This document shows, one piece after another, positions 13,575 to 26,800 of a stretch of DNA of 64,000 nt (its first letter is position 1; every line of letters starts with the position of its first letter). The notes under the pieces were generated by a model. It was not told the origin of the DNA and ran no database searches. It was given only the letters and a program-made list of their open reading frames with translations. Both the position numbers and the translations under genes were made by a program. The stretch covers positions 1,240,001 to 1,304,000 of the forward strand of contig CDLV01000011.1 in the NCBI GenBank assembly GCA_001244265.2, written 5' to 3'. Source of the stretch: Microbotryum violaceum (Eukaryota).

Positions 13575-14244
13575 TAGGGCTGGGTCACTAATAGGTGACA
13601 TTAGTGACGTGACATTAGTGACCAATTAGTGACGGATTAGTGACAAGGGGGTCCCAGAAATCGTTGTCACTAATGTCACTAAGTACCTAGGTCGGTACTA
13701 GGTACCGGTCTATACCCGGTCTAATTGATGGCAGCCCTGGAATGCGAATGACAAGTCTGGAATGCTGTTTACCGACACGAAAATGCCGGGTCACGACTCC
13801 GGCCCACGCGCCTCAAGGCTTTGCGTACCTCTAGACGCGATAGTCCTCGCTTTGCCTCATGCCTTTCTCCGATTCTGTTCTATCTCGACTATCCGCGTCC
13901 CAATAACCGAACCTCAAAGCGACACCCATGACGACGAAGCGATGTTTCTTTGGTCACCTGATGACGAGATGACGATGTAATTATAGTCTCTCTAGCGCAC
14001 TTGTTATGTTGAGTGCTAGTAGCGCTTGCGCTCCGACAGTGCAATTTACATCGTTTCCATTTAGTTACATTAGTGACCAAATATTGGATTTAGTGACATT
14101 AGTGACAGCATTTTGAGTGATGGTGACACAGGTGACAGGCGGAAATCTGGTAACATAAGTGACAGTGACAATAATAAGTGACCGAGGTTCCGACTTTTGT
14201 CACCTATTAGTGACGAGGCCAAAACAATTAGTGACCCAGCCGTA
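13575..14244. mobile_element. Non-autonomous hAT-like MITE (670 bp)
   Basis: TIRs TAGGGCTGGGTCACTAAT / ATTAGTGACCCAGCCGTA (1 mismatch in 18). Flanking 6-bp direct repeat CATTTG at 13569-13574 and 14245-14250. Dense subterminal (TA)GTGAC motifs at both ends; no coding capacity. Confidence 0.85.
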
Positions 14245-16030
14245 CATTTGGCAAGCACGGCCGGGGCGAAATCCGTGTGGGTATTTGCATCGTGAACCAT
14301 AATCTCAAGTCAGGTTTTGTACGGACTTCGGCATCTGGACGCACTGTTAAGTAGTGTCAAATTGTTCCATGCTCTTCGGCGCATGCCATTCAATGGCAGC
14401 ATATTTGCACTTTCCGGGTACTTGATGCATGCTGGGCGCCGGCGTCGTTGCCTCACTGCTGGGCATTGTGCCCCGCTAGCAGAGGCTCTTCGATTCGAAA
14501 AGCTCGATGCGGCGGCGGGATCGGTCGAAGCTGGCCCAGGGGCCAGGGTCCGAGCGCCTCGCGTCGAAGTCGGCAAAGCCCTGCCAGGCCGTCGCACCGG
14601 TTCAGGAAAAACCGCTGATGCAATCGCGTTCTGACTTCTCAGGAAGCTGTCCTCCTCTAATCGCCGATTCAGATATGCAATACTCACGAATTCAGGAACA
14701 GGTATGCACTTTCTGGCACATCGGTTGGAGCTGATACGACTTTGCATCTGTCCGCATGACTCGTGGGTTACGCAGGTTGTTCGAGGCCCGGCTGCCTAAG
14801 CAGGTTTCTAGGTAGGAAGGCAGGTAGTGGGTGCTTGTCTTTCGAGAATGAGACGAAATTCCTATTTATCCCAACGCCGAATAATGCTGTGGGAGGCTCC
14901 ACCAATTGTCGCTTAGGGAGGCGTTCAGCTCGATGATAGAAAGTCGGCAAAAGTTGTGACACCGCCTGAAGACTTGCCCCTAAAAAGCGACAATCTCGAT
15001 TACCACTCACCGTACAGGGGCGGGTGTTGGCAACACAACGGGATCTCAAGCTTCAAGAATGCATAAATGTCATAGGTTGCACTCTCATCCAGCACCAAAC
15101 ATGGCCGACACGTCGACTCGCGACCCCTGTTGCAATATTGCGCAATTCATCCGAGGAGCAGATCAGCTAGCAGATTCGACTTCGAAGCAACCTTGTGTTC
15201 GCACGTGCTGAAGTTGCTCCTTGTATATCATTGAAAGCCTTTGATTCAAATGTCTAAAAGGAACAGCTACGAAGAAGCTTGGCCTGTATTGTCAAGGATA
15301 GCTGGTTTCACCGTCCTCATCCGATCACAACATCTAAGTTGGTTCTTGGAATTGAGCCCAACGTGCCTTCATTTGGCCCGTTGGTATCTCAATCTCCCAG
15401 CGCTCTGATTGTCTCCTTAGTTCCTCTATTATTGCAGCGCTTTACTAGTTAGCCTTCCGCGAGTCTGTCCCTTAGTCTCTGGCCACTCTGTTCTCGTCCC
15501 TGTTCATTGGACTGAGTCGTGGTCATCATCAGATTCCACTAGAGAACAAACCGTGAAATGTATATTGCAGGCATCACATAATTTCTTCCCGCCGGCTATA
15601 GACGCGAGCTGCAGACTGCAAAAGACTAGCGGTGCTGTGCGTTCCCTAGCCGATACGGCAAACACACTACTAGGTAGGGTAAGCAGCTACCGACGATCCT
15701 GTGTCACTGTCATGGAAAATACTTCAAGACTTGCCCAATGCATCCTTGGCTCTCACCACCACTGTTCGGTAAAGAATCGAGGATTCAAATCGAGATCGAG
15801 CAGATCTGCAGGCACGCGTTGCTGTGCCGGGGCGATAGCCGTAACACCCTGTGACTTTGGACGATCGTGTCCCAAATGAGAAATGTTCCTCGCTAAGCAT
15901 GGCTATTGCTACACCGTAGCACAGCTACACGTGGATGTCTCGGTGGCCATGGTCTTCCATGACACTCAGTCTATGCGTTACAGTACGGTCTTCTGGCCCG
16001 GACACACAGGGGACCCGGCACCACGGCTCC

Positions 16031-16337
16031 TGTAGACTCGTACTTCTCGAGGGAGACTGGTTCGACAACCAGTAAGTACACGAGACAGAGTACGAGTTGT
16101 AAGGGAGTAGTTTGGAGCGTTAGGATTGCAACTAACCTGGATCGACAACCAGTAAGTACACGGGACAGAGTACGAGTTGTAAGGGAGTAGTTTGGAGCGT
16201 TAGGGGAAAGACTAAAGAGGTGCGCAGTGCGAGTGCGCGAAATATCTCTAAGTCCAAAGAGAGGTCCAAGCGGCGCGGCCGGCTAGGCCCGGCGCGGATT
16301 GGAGATCGATCTAAGCAAGAGTGTATGGAATTCAACA
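16031..16337. mobile_element. Solo LTR (307 bp)
   Basis: Begins TGTAGA and ends TTCAACA (TG..CA; reads TGTTGAA on the minus strand). Flanked by a 5-bp direct repeat GCTCC at 16026-16030 and 16338-16342. Contains an internal ~63-bp duplication with period 80. Confidence 0.7.
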
Positions 16338-17109
16338 GCTCCAAGCTCGAGCTCAGCGTCGTCGCCGGAACGACGAGCTTGCAGGTTGGTGGGCCGCAAG
16401 ATGGCACGTGACTTCAAACAGTCGAGCCCTAGTAGGCTACTACTAGCTCCTCGACATCCCCATCGCACAATCCAGAATACTTTCGATCGCTGTAAAGTCA
16501 ATAACAGTACTGTGATCATGTAGGGGCCACTTTCCGTAGGTACCGACTGGCGGACAAGTTCGACGAGGTTTCTGCTCCTGCGAGCCGGCGCTTGGCTCGA
16601 CGTCGGGCGCCCGGGCAGCGAAGCGAGCCACCACGAGTTGTCCGAGCAATGGCCATGGCATCATGTACCTAGGTAACTGAGTGAAACCCAGTCTCCCACG
16701 GTAGCTTAGCTAGGAAATAAAAGTCCCGAAAAGGTTGATTCAGGGACTCTTATGGTCCTTCGATCCTGTGTGCATAACTGGAACACCTGTGCCGGCTCCG
16801 AAGCCATCTCGGAGTTAGAGGTCTTTCAGGCTCGCCCAGCCAATCAGTGAGCTATCATGCACAACATATCTAGGCAGGCAGGCAAAAGCAAACAGTCGTC
16901 GAAACATATGCTCTTACTTTTGCTTTTGGTATACTGTGATGAATATTGGCATCAACCGACGCAAGTTTGGAAGCGCAAACTCAAGCCCCACCCTCACATC
17001 CGAGCGCCTGGTCCGAGCTGCCAAATCGCCTCGACTGCGTCGCAAGCGCGTGCCCAACTCGGGCTCTCCATTCCACCGCCATCAATCATCGTCCAGGCGA
17101 TCCGCAATC

Positions 17110-18819
17110 ATGTCACGGTATGGGGGACCTCCAGCAAATAGCTATGGCCAACCGCAACAACGCTCGAGTGTCGTGTTTGGTACGTTCAGCTCATCCGTTC
17201 AGCCCATCTCTGTGGCATTGGAAAGATGACGCTGACGTTGGGACCACCGGATGTGCCGTGCTCAGTCGGCAATTTGCCGTTCGACTACACCGAGGAGCAG
17301 CTCATCGAGGTAAGCGGAAGTCACGTGTCAAACGTAGAGAATACTAGCGCTCATATCTGCTCTCTTTGACTACCGTCTGCAGACCTTCAGCTCTGTTGGA
17401 CCAGTCGTGTCTTTCCGGTCCGTCCCCGACTTCGCAGATCACCTGTGTCTTGCGACTCGCACCGAAGCTCATCCAACCCCCCATCTTCCTGCGCAGTCTT
17501 GTATTCGATCGTGACTCCGGTAAACCGAAAGGTTTCGGATTCTGCGAGTACAAGGACCCGGAGACGGCGGCTTCGGCATTGCGCAACCTTCAAGGGGTCG
17601 AGGTCGGTGGCCGTGGTCTGCGCCTCGACTTCGCCGATACAGAGGACGCACCACCATCCAAACGAGGTCCTGGAGCTGGTCCACCTCGGTATGGACCGGG
17701 AGCTGGCGGTGGCGGTGGTGCACACGGTGGACCGCCCGGAGCGCCGTCTTACGGGGGGCCCGCACCGACCCCTGCATACGACCAAGCTCCGAGACCGCTC
17801 CCTACCGGTGTACCACTTGCACCTGGCCAAACAGCATCTGACAACATCACAAACACTCTCGGCACAATGCCGCCGGGCCAACTGCTCGACATAATGAGTC
17901 AGATGAAGGTCAGTCCTGGCCTCGCAGCTGCGCGCCATCACTTTTGGGGATCTTTCGAATGCTGAAGAACCCACCACGCTTGCCCTTATCCATTGGATCA
18001 CAGGCGATGGTCACTGCGTCACCCTACGAAGCACGCACTCTCTTGACAACAAACCCCCAACTTTCCTACGCCCTGTTCCAAGGAATGCTTCTCATGAACC
18101 TAGTCGATCCGGCCGTTCTCAACGTAGGTATACTTCGGATCACAAGCTGCGACCGGCGACACCGTTCTTACAAAGGCCTTTGTATCTTGATGTACCTACA
18201 GAAAATGCTACCTCAGGCCGCCCCCGCCCCCGCCCCGACACCATATGGTGGACCTCCGCAAGCCGCTGGCTACGGTGCACCACCTCAATCCGGTTACGGC
18301 GGTGCCGCCCCACTCCCATCCGGCTATGGCGCACCCGCAAACCCACCCTATGGCGACAACGGCTACTCCCAACCACCTCCCCAAGCAGCACAAGCAGGGT
18401 ATGGCTCGGCGCCCTACCCGTACGGAGCTCCTCAACAAGGGCCACCAGCTGCGCCAACGGCGGCGCCAAGAATCGATCCTCAACAGGCCGCTGTGAGCGC
18501 AAGATGCAAATGCTCAGGCTCTGGCTTTTGATGTTCTACTGATGGTTTCTTGCACCTCCGGACGACGCAGCTGATCCAACAAGTGATGGCGATGACACAA
18601 GAACAGATCGACATGCTGCCAGCCGAGAACCGCAACACCATCATGCAGATTGTGAGTTTTGGCCTGAAGGTGACGTCCTAGTTAACGATCCTTGGAGCTA
18701 GCAGAATTATCTGTTCGGGCTTTGAGACACTGGATGCTGATGCATTCCGAACGACTCCTTCTATTGCCATACGATAGAGGGCCCAGGCCGCGGCGGCTCA
18801 ACTCGGTGGTCGACGATGA
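17110..18819 (+). CDS. RNA15: Cleavage stimulation factor CstF-64/Rna15 (RRM + hinge + C-terminal domain), multi-exon
   Basis: [47 protein letters not shown], hinge [28 protein letters not shown]-terminal [17 protein letters not shown]. Confidence 0.92.
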
Positions 18820-19269
18820 TTGTGGCGGCCGGAGGAAATTCGAGATGCCTGCACACTGCCACTGCAAAGACGAGATTGTACCTAACTGTCTAGAAATGAG
18901 TTGGAATTGTACCTGTCAGGAAACCATCTGCAATTCGAGGCTTTTTGAAAAGAACAGGCTTGCTGTGGGGGCAGCATCACGTCTCGAAGGCCGAAAGCAA
19001 CTGAGATGTACTTTCTATAGAGAGCAGCTCGACAAGATCGAATTTCAAGATCACCCCCAAGCCTCCGCCGTAACTGTCCGGACTCGGACTGACTCGAAAG
19101 GCGACCGAACTAATGCCCGGCAAGCCGAGTCTGGCCGAGCTCCGTCACCTCTCGCCACAAATCGCTCTTACACCTTTGGATACAACCGCTCTTCAGTATA
19201 CAAAGCAACGTGAAACGCCAAGCACCCGAATTCTCAAAGTTGTGATCCTCGATCCCAGACCTTCGAAGC

Positions 19270-19778
19270 ATGACACGGCAATCTCAGCTGATCAACAGCC
19301 TCTCGACGCTCGTGATGGTCTACACGATCTTGTATCTCCGCCTCGTGCCTCTGCCGAGCTTTGTCACACCCAAGATCCAGGACGAGATTATTCCTGTTGT
19401 AAGTATTGCGATGTGAAAGGCGATGGCCAGGACCCCGTAGCGTTCCCACGCTTCCGAAGGTTGACGAGAGCTCTGTGCTCACACTTCGGCGTCCCCGACC
19501 GCTGATGAAAACGTCGTTGTTACATTCGCAGCTCCCGTTCAACATCCTTGTCGCGATCGGAAGTTATTGCCTTTTCGAGCTCGGATGGGGTATCTTGACG
19601 TTCGGAGAATGCAACGAGGCGCAGAAGGAGTTGATGAGGGTCAGTCCCTGCCATGCCGAGGATGGAGACTTGCTGAGGGTCACAGAGAATGCTTTACTAA
19701 CATCATTTACACTCTCCGGTACAGGATATTGACGAGGCACGAACAGAACTGAAGAAGCACGGCATCTCGATCGATTGA
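19270..19778 (+). CDS. DPM3: Dolichol-phosphate mannosyltransferase subunit 3 (3 exons)
   Basis: MTRQSQL..IQDEIIPV | LPFNILVAIGSYCLFELGWGILTFGECNEAQKELMR | DIDEARTELKKHGISID*, with GT-AG introns. Confidence 0.88.
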
Positions 19779-20018
19779 ATAACGGAGCCTATCGATCCCC
19801 GTAGCATGGCGAATTGACGTGGTTCAAGTTTCGCCACAAGAGCCATGCCATGTAGCTGCATTCCTCTTACCTGTTGTACATCAGATTGAAACACTTCTAA
19901 CGCCTTCACTATCGCGGTATAGGATATTACGAATACAGTGTTGCCAATACGAAGGAAAACCCCTCAATCCACGACGAGTGACCGCCAATACCGCCCATCA
20001 CCAACCCACAGTCTAGCC

Positions 20019-21563
20019 TCACTTTCGCCCTCGACCACCCCTGCCTCCACCCCTTCCACCGCCCCTCCCACCTCGTCCCCCCCTCTGTCCCATGGACAGC
20101 GCCCCTCGACCACCCGTCAACTGCTTGATCGCCTTGCGCTCGTTGATCATCGAACTCGCCGAAACGTCCTTGCCCGCCGTCGGGGCATCGTCCGAAACTT
20201 TGGTACGCTTGTTCGAAGGCGTAGCTCCAATCTTGGTAAGGATCGACATGGCCTTATTGCGTTCAGCTTTGGCGTCGACTTCGTTGGGGTCGAACTTTAG
20301 GAAGAGGGATCCATAATAAGTTGATCAGGTTTCAGCCAAGCGGATCAACAATTCGATGCCAGACATACTTTTCGCTTAATGTTCTTCTCCGCATTCTCCC
20401 CTTTGAGTTGAGCATCGAATTTGCCCATACTCGCGGTCGCCTTCTTGGTGATTTTGAGTTCTCGTTCGAGCTGCACCTTGCGCTTCTCGCGCTCGCTCGC
20501 ATTGAATTGGTTCGTCGCGACTTGGGTCGTGGCGTTCGCGGCGGCGCGTTGCATGTTCTTGAGAAATTGCGTCTCGTTCTTGGCTTTGCGGGCGGTGCGT
20601 TCTTGTTTCGAGTTGGCGACGGGGTCGAAGGAGTTGTCTGATGAGGTCGAGGTCGAGGTCGAGGTCGAGGTCGAGGTCGAGGTCGAGGTCGAGGTCGAGG
20701 TCGAGGTCGAGGTCGAGGTCGAGGTCGAGGTCGAGGTCGAGGTCGAGGTCGAGGGGGAAAAGATTCGTTAGCTACCCGCTACGAGTACAATCACCAAACC
20801 AAATTATAACGAGACTTACCGGCATCATCAGGCACTTCGGTGATCCACTGATCCTCCGACTCCTTGTTCTTGCCCTTGTAACCCCACCTCGGGACCCAAT
20901 CCTGCTTCTCCTCGTCAAAGACCATCCGATCCTTCTTGGGCTTGGAGGCAATTCCTTTGGCCGTTGCGAACGCTTGCCATTTCGTCATGGCTTTAGCTTT
21001 GGGCAACTGTGTTGAGCAATGAATGATCAGTGATCGTGCTCAACAGGGCAAGCGATAAATAGGAAGGTGTTAAAACTAACAGGCTTCTCACGAGGAAGCT
21101 CAGTCGAAATCGGAGGTAAGTCGGCCACGACTCCATCATCGACCAATCGCGTCGGTTGGTTCCAAATCCCGTTCACGAGCAGTTGAATGCCGTCCCTCGC
21201 GTGCGAAAGGAGCGTCTGTTCACGATCCATTCTGGGAGGTGTAGAGCGGTAGTCAGTCCAGCTTCGGGTTGCGAAAGCGAGTCTGGAAAGTCGCTCGGGG
21301 AAAGGACTGGGTACGGAAAGGGTGGGCTGGAGCTTGACCTACTTGTATACTTCGTCCTCGATGGGGTTGGGGTCCAGGATGGCCATGAGTCCGAGGTCGA
21401 TCTCGACGGGGATCTCCTTGGGAACCTGGATCGCCAGTCTGCGAGAAGGGACGGTGAGCATTCAGTCGCACCGTCAGCTACAGAACCTAGGCAGTAGGAT
21501 CTGTCATCGCTCAGGGACCTACTGCTTGGAGGAAGTGGCTTCCAAGAGCTCTGATACGTCCAT
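20019..21563 (-). CDS. RRS1: Ribosome biogenesis regulatory protein, multi-exon
   Basis: ARDGIQLLVNGIW, LPREKP-LPKAKAMTKWQAFATAKGI..DWVPRWGYKGKNK, ATASMGKFD. Confidence 0.93.
20643..20754. repeat. (GAGGTC)18 hexamer array inside an RRS1 intron
   Basis: 18 perfect units. On the sense strand it lies between the GCTAAC branch site (~20767-20772) and the CAG acceptor at ~20640. Confidence 0.97.
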
Positions 21564-21973
21564 CGCTGTTGAGGACGACATGTTGGACGGGTTCGAATTG
21601 ATGCGGGGTGGAGTCGACCAGCTGCGACGGTGCGACCAAGCGCCACCAAACCCGTGCGAAGAAGTCCAAATTGACGATGGGATGCGCACGGACCGCTTGC
21701 TCAGGATCGAGTCGGCGAAAGCTCAACCCAAAGCCCGAGGTCAGGATGGATGCTGTCTATAGTATACTGCTGTGAGATATTCACAGCATGTCATATAGTG
21801 CATACATTTTTTCGGAGCGCATCCTGGCTGATGACATTCCGTCCTTGCAAGTATTGTGCCTCGAAAGAAAAACCAAGGTGCACGCCAGAGGAATTCGACA
21901 TAACGCTGGGAGAATTACATATCACGGCAAGCACACCAAAACAAAACCAGAGACGAATAAACATTCGATCATA

Positions 21974-23590
21974 TCATCTTTTCTTCAGCTCTGCAAATCT
22001 CTTCGTCAAAGCCTCGAACGCATCCTCCTCGGTATTCTTCGGTGCAGCAGGGATCGCACTCAAAGCACGTGCTCCGATTTGCGGTGCAGGAGGGGGTACG
22101 ACCCCGGGTGATGGCAAGCTGGTGCGTACAATGACGGTATCTTTGGCTGCTGAGGGGTCGACGGGAGGGGTTTGAGGGAATCCAGCGGCGTTATCGAAGG
22201 GTGGAAGGGACAGGGGCGCCTTCATCGGCGTAGAAGGGATTGCAGGCGCGGTCGGCACGAAAGCATTCTGCTCGAGCTCATTCGAGATAGGCCAGTCAGT
22301 GGGTGTTCATGATTCAAAACATTGTTCTATACTCACGGCAGGTGTAGCGGCTTGAACAGGTTGGTTGGGGTCGGGGAAACCTTGTGGGCGCCAATCGATG
22401 GAGTACTAGACAAAACAGCCTGTCCACCTTAATCTCGGATGGGTAAATCGTTTACTCAAGGCCCAACTCACAGCTTTGGAAATCTCGTACAGATAAAGAT
22501 CAACAAGCTCGGGAGGTGGAGTCGCAACAATTAGTTTGGACGTGATCTGCACGGATGCCGACGGTCAGTGAGGCTCGAGGCCACGCCAGGGCTATGTTCC
22601 GCACTGACCCGTTCGGGGACACAGTTGTCAGTGTTATCCATACAGGCAATCGCAAAATCTCTACCTCCCTTGGCCATAAGCATGTTTCGCAATAGATGCA
22701 ATTCTTTGAGCTCGGTTCTGTGGACGTGGACGGAGGGGACTCGAGGCTGAGCTGGGAAAGGGAACGTTCGGGCCCCACAAATGCTCGAACTGACCTTGGC
22801 GCGGCGTGGATAATGCCGATCACAGCTTCGGACACTCCAGAATCAATTTCTCTGTGTATTACGAACAAGATTGTTTTCGGTGAGAACCATCCTAGCTGCG
22901 GGATAACCTGGCAAGTAACGACGGACTTGACTTGTTCCAACAGGCCAAAGCGGGCCAATAGCAGCTCGCAGTAGAGCTCGAGCATTTCAAGTAGTTCGAT
23001 TGTCAGGTCATCGCCCATTACGCCTTCGACCTGCAAGGTTCAGTGTCGTCGAGTCAGTCAGCGTGCCCGGGACGAAGCGGAGCTTTGAGGCCCCACCTTG
23101 ATGCCTGCGGACTCGATCTTGCCCTTCTCGAGCAGGGATGCGATCTTGGTGCAATGTGTTGTCGGGTTAGTATAGAAAGCACGTAGCTGTGACGGCGATC
23201 GTTGGATTAGGGAGGGATACTGACCTCTCTGCGAGTGGTCTTGGCGAGTTGGGTCTTCTTGCCGGCCAGAAGGCGCAATCGTTGGATGGCCAACTTGAGT
23301 TGAATCTTGGCCCGTTGGGAATTCCATCCTGCCCCACTACCACCACCTCCTCCTCCTCCCTTGCCGGACGAGGACCGGTTGAACGACAGCTTGAGGACGG
23401 AGGACGGCGTGCCCGAGTTAGGAGGGGCGGTGACGTCGCCAGCCGCTGCTGAGGCTGCCGGATTCACACACGAGTCGCCGGGAGTTGCTGCACTGGCTTT
23501 GCTAGAGTCGGCGGAGGATGTGGGCTCGGACGAGTTGTTTGGCGTTGGGGAACGCCCGAGGAGAAAGTTGAGGGTATTCACGCTGGGCAA
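21974..23590 (-). CDS. IST1: ESCRT-III-like regulator of Vps4, multi-exon; start codon uncertain
   Basis: WNSQRAKIQLKLAIQRLRLL..IASLLEKGKIESA, ELLEMLELYCELLLARFGLL, C-terminal MIM1 EDAFEALTKRFAELKKR*. No in-frame ATG upstream (see findings). Confidence 0.88.
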
Positions 23591-23862
23591 GTTGGATTTG
23601 TCCCGGAAGACGAATCGGGGTGTGAAGAGGAGAGCCCAAACGCAGCGGCGAGCTCGCTCTGGCGCGCCGGTTGGCTGGGATGTCAATTTGGCGATTTGAT
23701 CGCATTTGATCTCATTCTCATGATCGCGCGGCAAGGCGCGGCAGGGCGCGGCAGACACGCGCCGAACTGTTTGGTCTTCTGGCGCAGCTCGCGCTCCTCT
23801 CGAGCCTTCACCCCGGTCGTACTCGCCACCATCACCGTGTCTTCTCACAGTCCCACCTCTCG

Positions 23863-26800
23863 ATGAATCGGGAAGACGTGGACTGGCTCTTTCGCGAGTC
23901 GTCGCCGCTCTCACCGCTTCCTTCGTCGCAGGAAGACCCCGACGCCGACGCCGACGATGGCGATGGCGATGGCGATGATGAGACCGTCGCACTGTCGCCC
24001 ACCGCGCTGCGCTCGCCTCGATCGCCGTCCCCGAACAAGGTTGGTGCGACCGAGCACGAGCACGACACGGATCTACGAGCCTCGAAGCGACCTCGGATGT
24101 CGACAGATTCGGAGTCCTCTGTGCCTTCGCTCCAATTAGCTCGGGATGCCACACCTCCTCCTGACCAAGCACGTGATAACGACGCTCAACAAGTCCCCGC
24201 GTGTCGACGCGACGAAGCAACGTCAGTCACTCCCCACGCGCCACCGATTGCGACCATCGACACCGCTGAGACGACAATTCCACCTCGTACGGACGATGCA
24301 TACCTTCAGCAACAATACATGCCCGCGAATGGTGCCGCTCTGATGCTTCAAGACCGCGTCGTCGAAGCTATGTCGTCGTGGATCAACGAACCCTCGTCAA
24401 TGGTGTGGACTTCCTATGGGGCATCGCAAGAGGTCCGACAGCTACAACAAGAACTTGGATCGCAGGACCTCGATGATTGGACACCGTCTTCTCAGGCTGT
24501 GCCATCTTCACCGGCCATGGCAGGTCTCGTATCAGGGCGTGATCCAGCTACCGACGAGACCGGCGCCGATGATTCGGGCATCTTTGTGAAGGAGCCAGAC
24601 TGCGCAGAGGACGACGGCGAAAAGTGCGTTGGTAATGGTTATGCAGAAGAGGCAGAGCCCGTAGGTGTGGATGTGGAAGCTGAAACAGAAGTGGAAGCAA
24701 GCGCAGCCGCCGAGGCCGTGGATGACGATATGGAGGATTACGAGGGCGACGACATGTGGGACACCGCGAGACTAGACGACCTAGATGGCGAACTGGGTCT
24801 CTTTCAACCGACAACCAAGCCGACCACGGTGGAGAAGGGTAAAGTTCGAGCGCAAGACGTGGACGACGACGACGACGAACCCTATCTCGAGGAAGAGAAC
24901 ACGGAGGAGCAATTGCGCCAATTCGGATTCGGCCACGTCCCACTAGGCTTCGAATTCGCCAACTCTCAGGCCCAAGAGTTTTCGGTAGGCACATTCGTAT
25001 TCCGTAGTAAAGCTATGTCAAAAGAGATCTCAAAGGCCGAGCTCAACAGAATCAAGGCGCTGCTTGATGCCGACGACGAGGACGATCAAGGCGGCGAACA
25101 GCCGACAACGCAACGACCAGTCATTGCCACTCGCGAGCTTCCAGCGTTCGTCCCACCGATGCTCAACAGACCCGGCGGCCGAACACAAGGCACGGACCGC
25201 CCACGCGAGATGGCAAGCAAGGTACCAGTTTCTACTCCACAATTTGCTCGGCCGCTGATCGTCCCGACGTCACAAGCGCCAAACCTACCACCGTCGTCTC
25301 GTCCCCTGACACCACACACCGCATCGATGGCCCCTTCGAGCGATGTCTTCGGTTCCGGATCACGGTCGGCCGCACCACTCGCCTTTTTCTCAAGAGCGAA
25401 TGGTCGACCCCTCCCAGCCCCTTCAGAAGACGCTCTTCAGGTATCTCGCGCGATGATGGAATTCTCTCCGCCCCGAGCACGCCCGTCTTCCCGCGGCTTG
25501 CCTTCACCGAACCCGAATCACAAGGTGGATACACCGACCAAGGTTAGCCGTCGATCTCCATTATTGTCTATTGAAAATGGATTTGCTCCCGCTAGGGCAG
25601 TATTACCATCATCGAGTATCGCAACAGCCGAGGTCGAGTTGCCGACCGTCTCTCCGTCTCCAAACGTGCCTTTGCCGGTATCGACTGCGCAAGTCGCCAC
25701 ACCACAGCCCATCCGGACTTCCATGCGTCCATCCTCCGCCTTTCGACCACCGTTCTTAGGTAGTCCCACGGCCGTGACATCTACCCCAGCCGGTGTCAAG
25801 ACTGCACCAGCGATGCGTCGATTGAACCTCGGTATGACTCCTCGCGCGCGAGTTGGGGTGAATGGGTCTCCCGTCCCCAAGTTTACGACGCCATTCAAAA
25901 ATGGCAAGCGTCCCGAGGGCCTCACGCCTGCCGGTATCGCTCGAGTTGACCGGACACCGGCAAAAGCTCAGGGGTCCAACGCCGCGAGGGCTACATCCAA
26001 TAACATTCAGTCGGCAGCGACCGAAGTAGTACGGCGACGCAATACCACGAGCGTCTTTGATTTCAGCGCGCCCAAGGAACCAAGACAAAGTCTGCGGGAG
26101 TTTGGTCTGTACCCTGGAACGGTTGATGAAGCAGCTCTTCGCGCCCTTGGGATGTGAGTCTTGTCCAAAGCGGCAACAAGAGCTCAACTGGGCAGTTCTG
26201 ACCCGGCTCGGACCGAGTACAGACCTCTGGAGATCATCCAAATGGACCACATGCGCGCTGAAAAGTATGCGTTCCCAGGCGGATTCGGTGCTGCGCAAGC
26301 CCTGCAGTCGCTTTTTTTTGCCGGTTGCGATTACGCCACTTTGCCCTGGGTCGCTAACCATTGGTCGCTCGTCGTCTGGAAACTCGCCTCGTACGTTCGT
26401 GTCAGGCCGACGATGTACAGGCAGGTCGAGTGGTGGTCTTTCCAAGCTGCAATCCGCCAGTTGAAGTATCGCTATGAACGCGAGATAAATCAAGCCCAAC
26501 GGTCCTGCATCAAGCGCATACAGGAGCGGGACTCGAGCAGCTCGTTGCCGATGGTGCTGTGCGTGTCCAAGATACGTTATGGGGATCCGAACTCTTTCGG
26601 CGACGAGGTGGAAGAGAGTCATACTGGCCGCAAGGATGTTGCTGGACTCGAGTTGACCGACGGCTGGTATCGGATACGAGCCAATGTTGACGCGACGCTG
26701 AAGAGCGCAGTCGAGAGGGAGAAAGTCAGAGTTGGAAGCAAGATTGCTGTTTCAGGTGCCAGGGTGAGTCGACCAATAGAAAAACCTCGTCATTTTGAGC

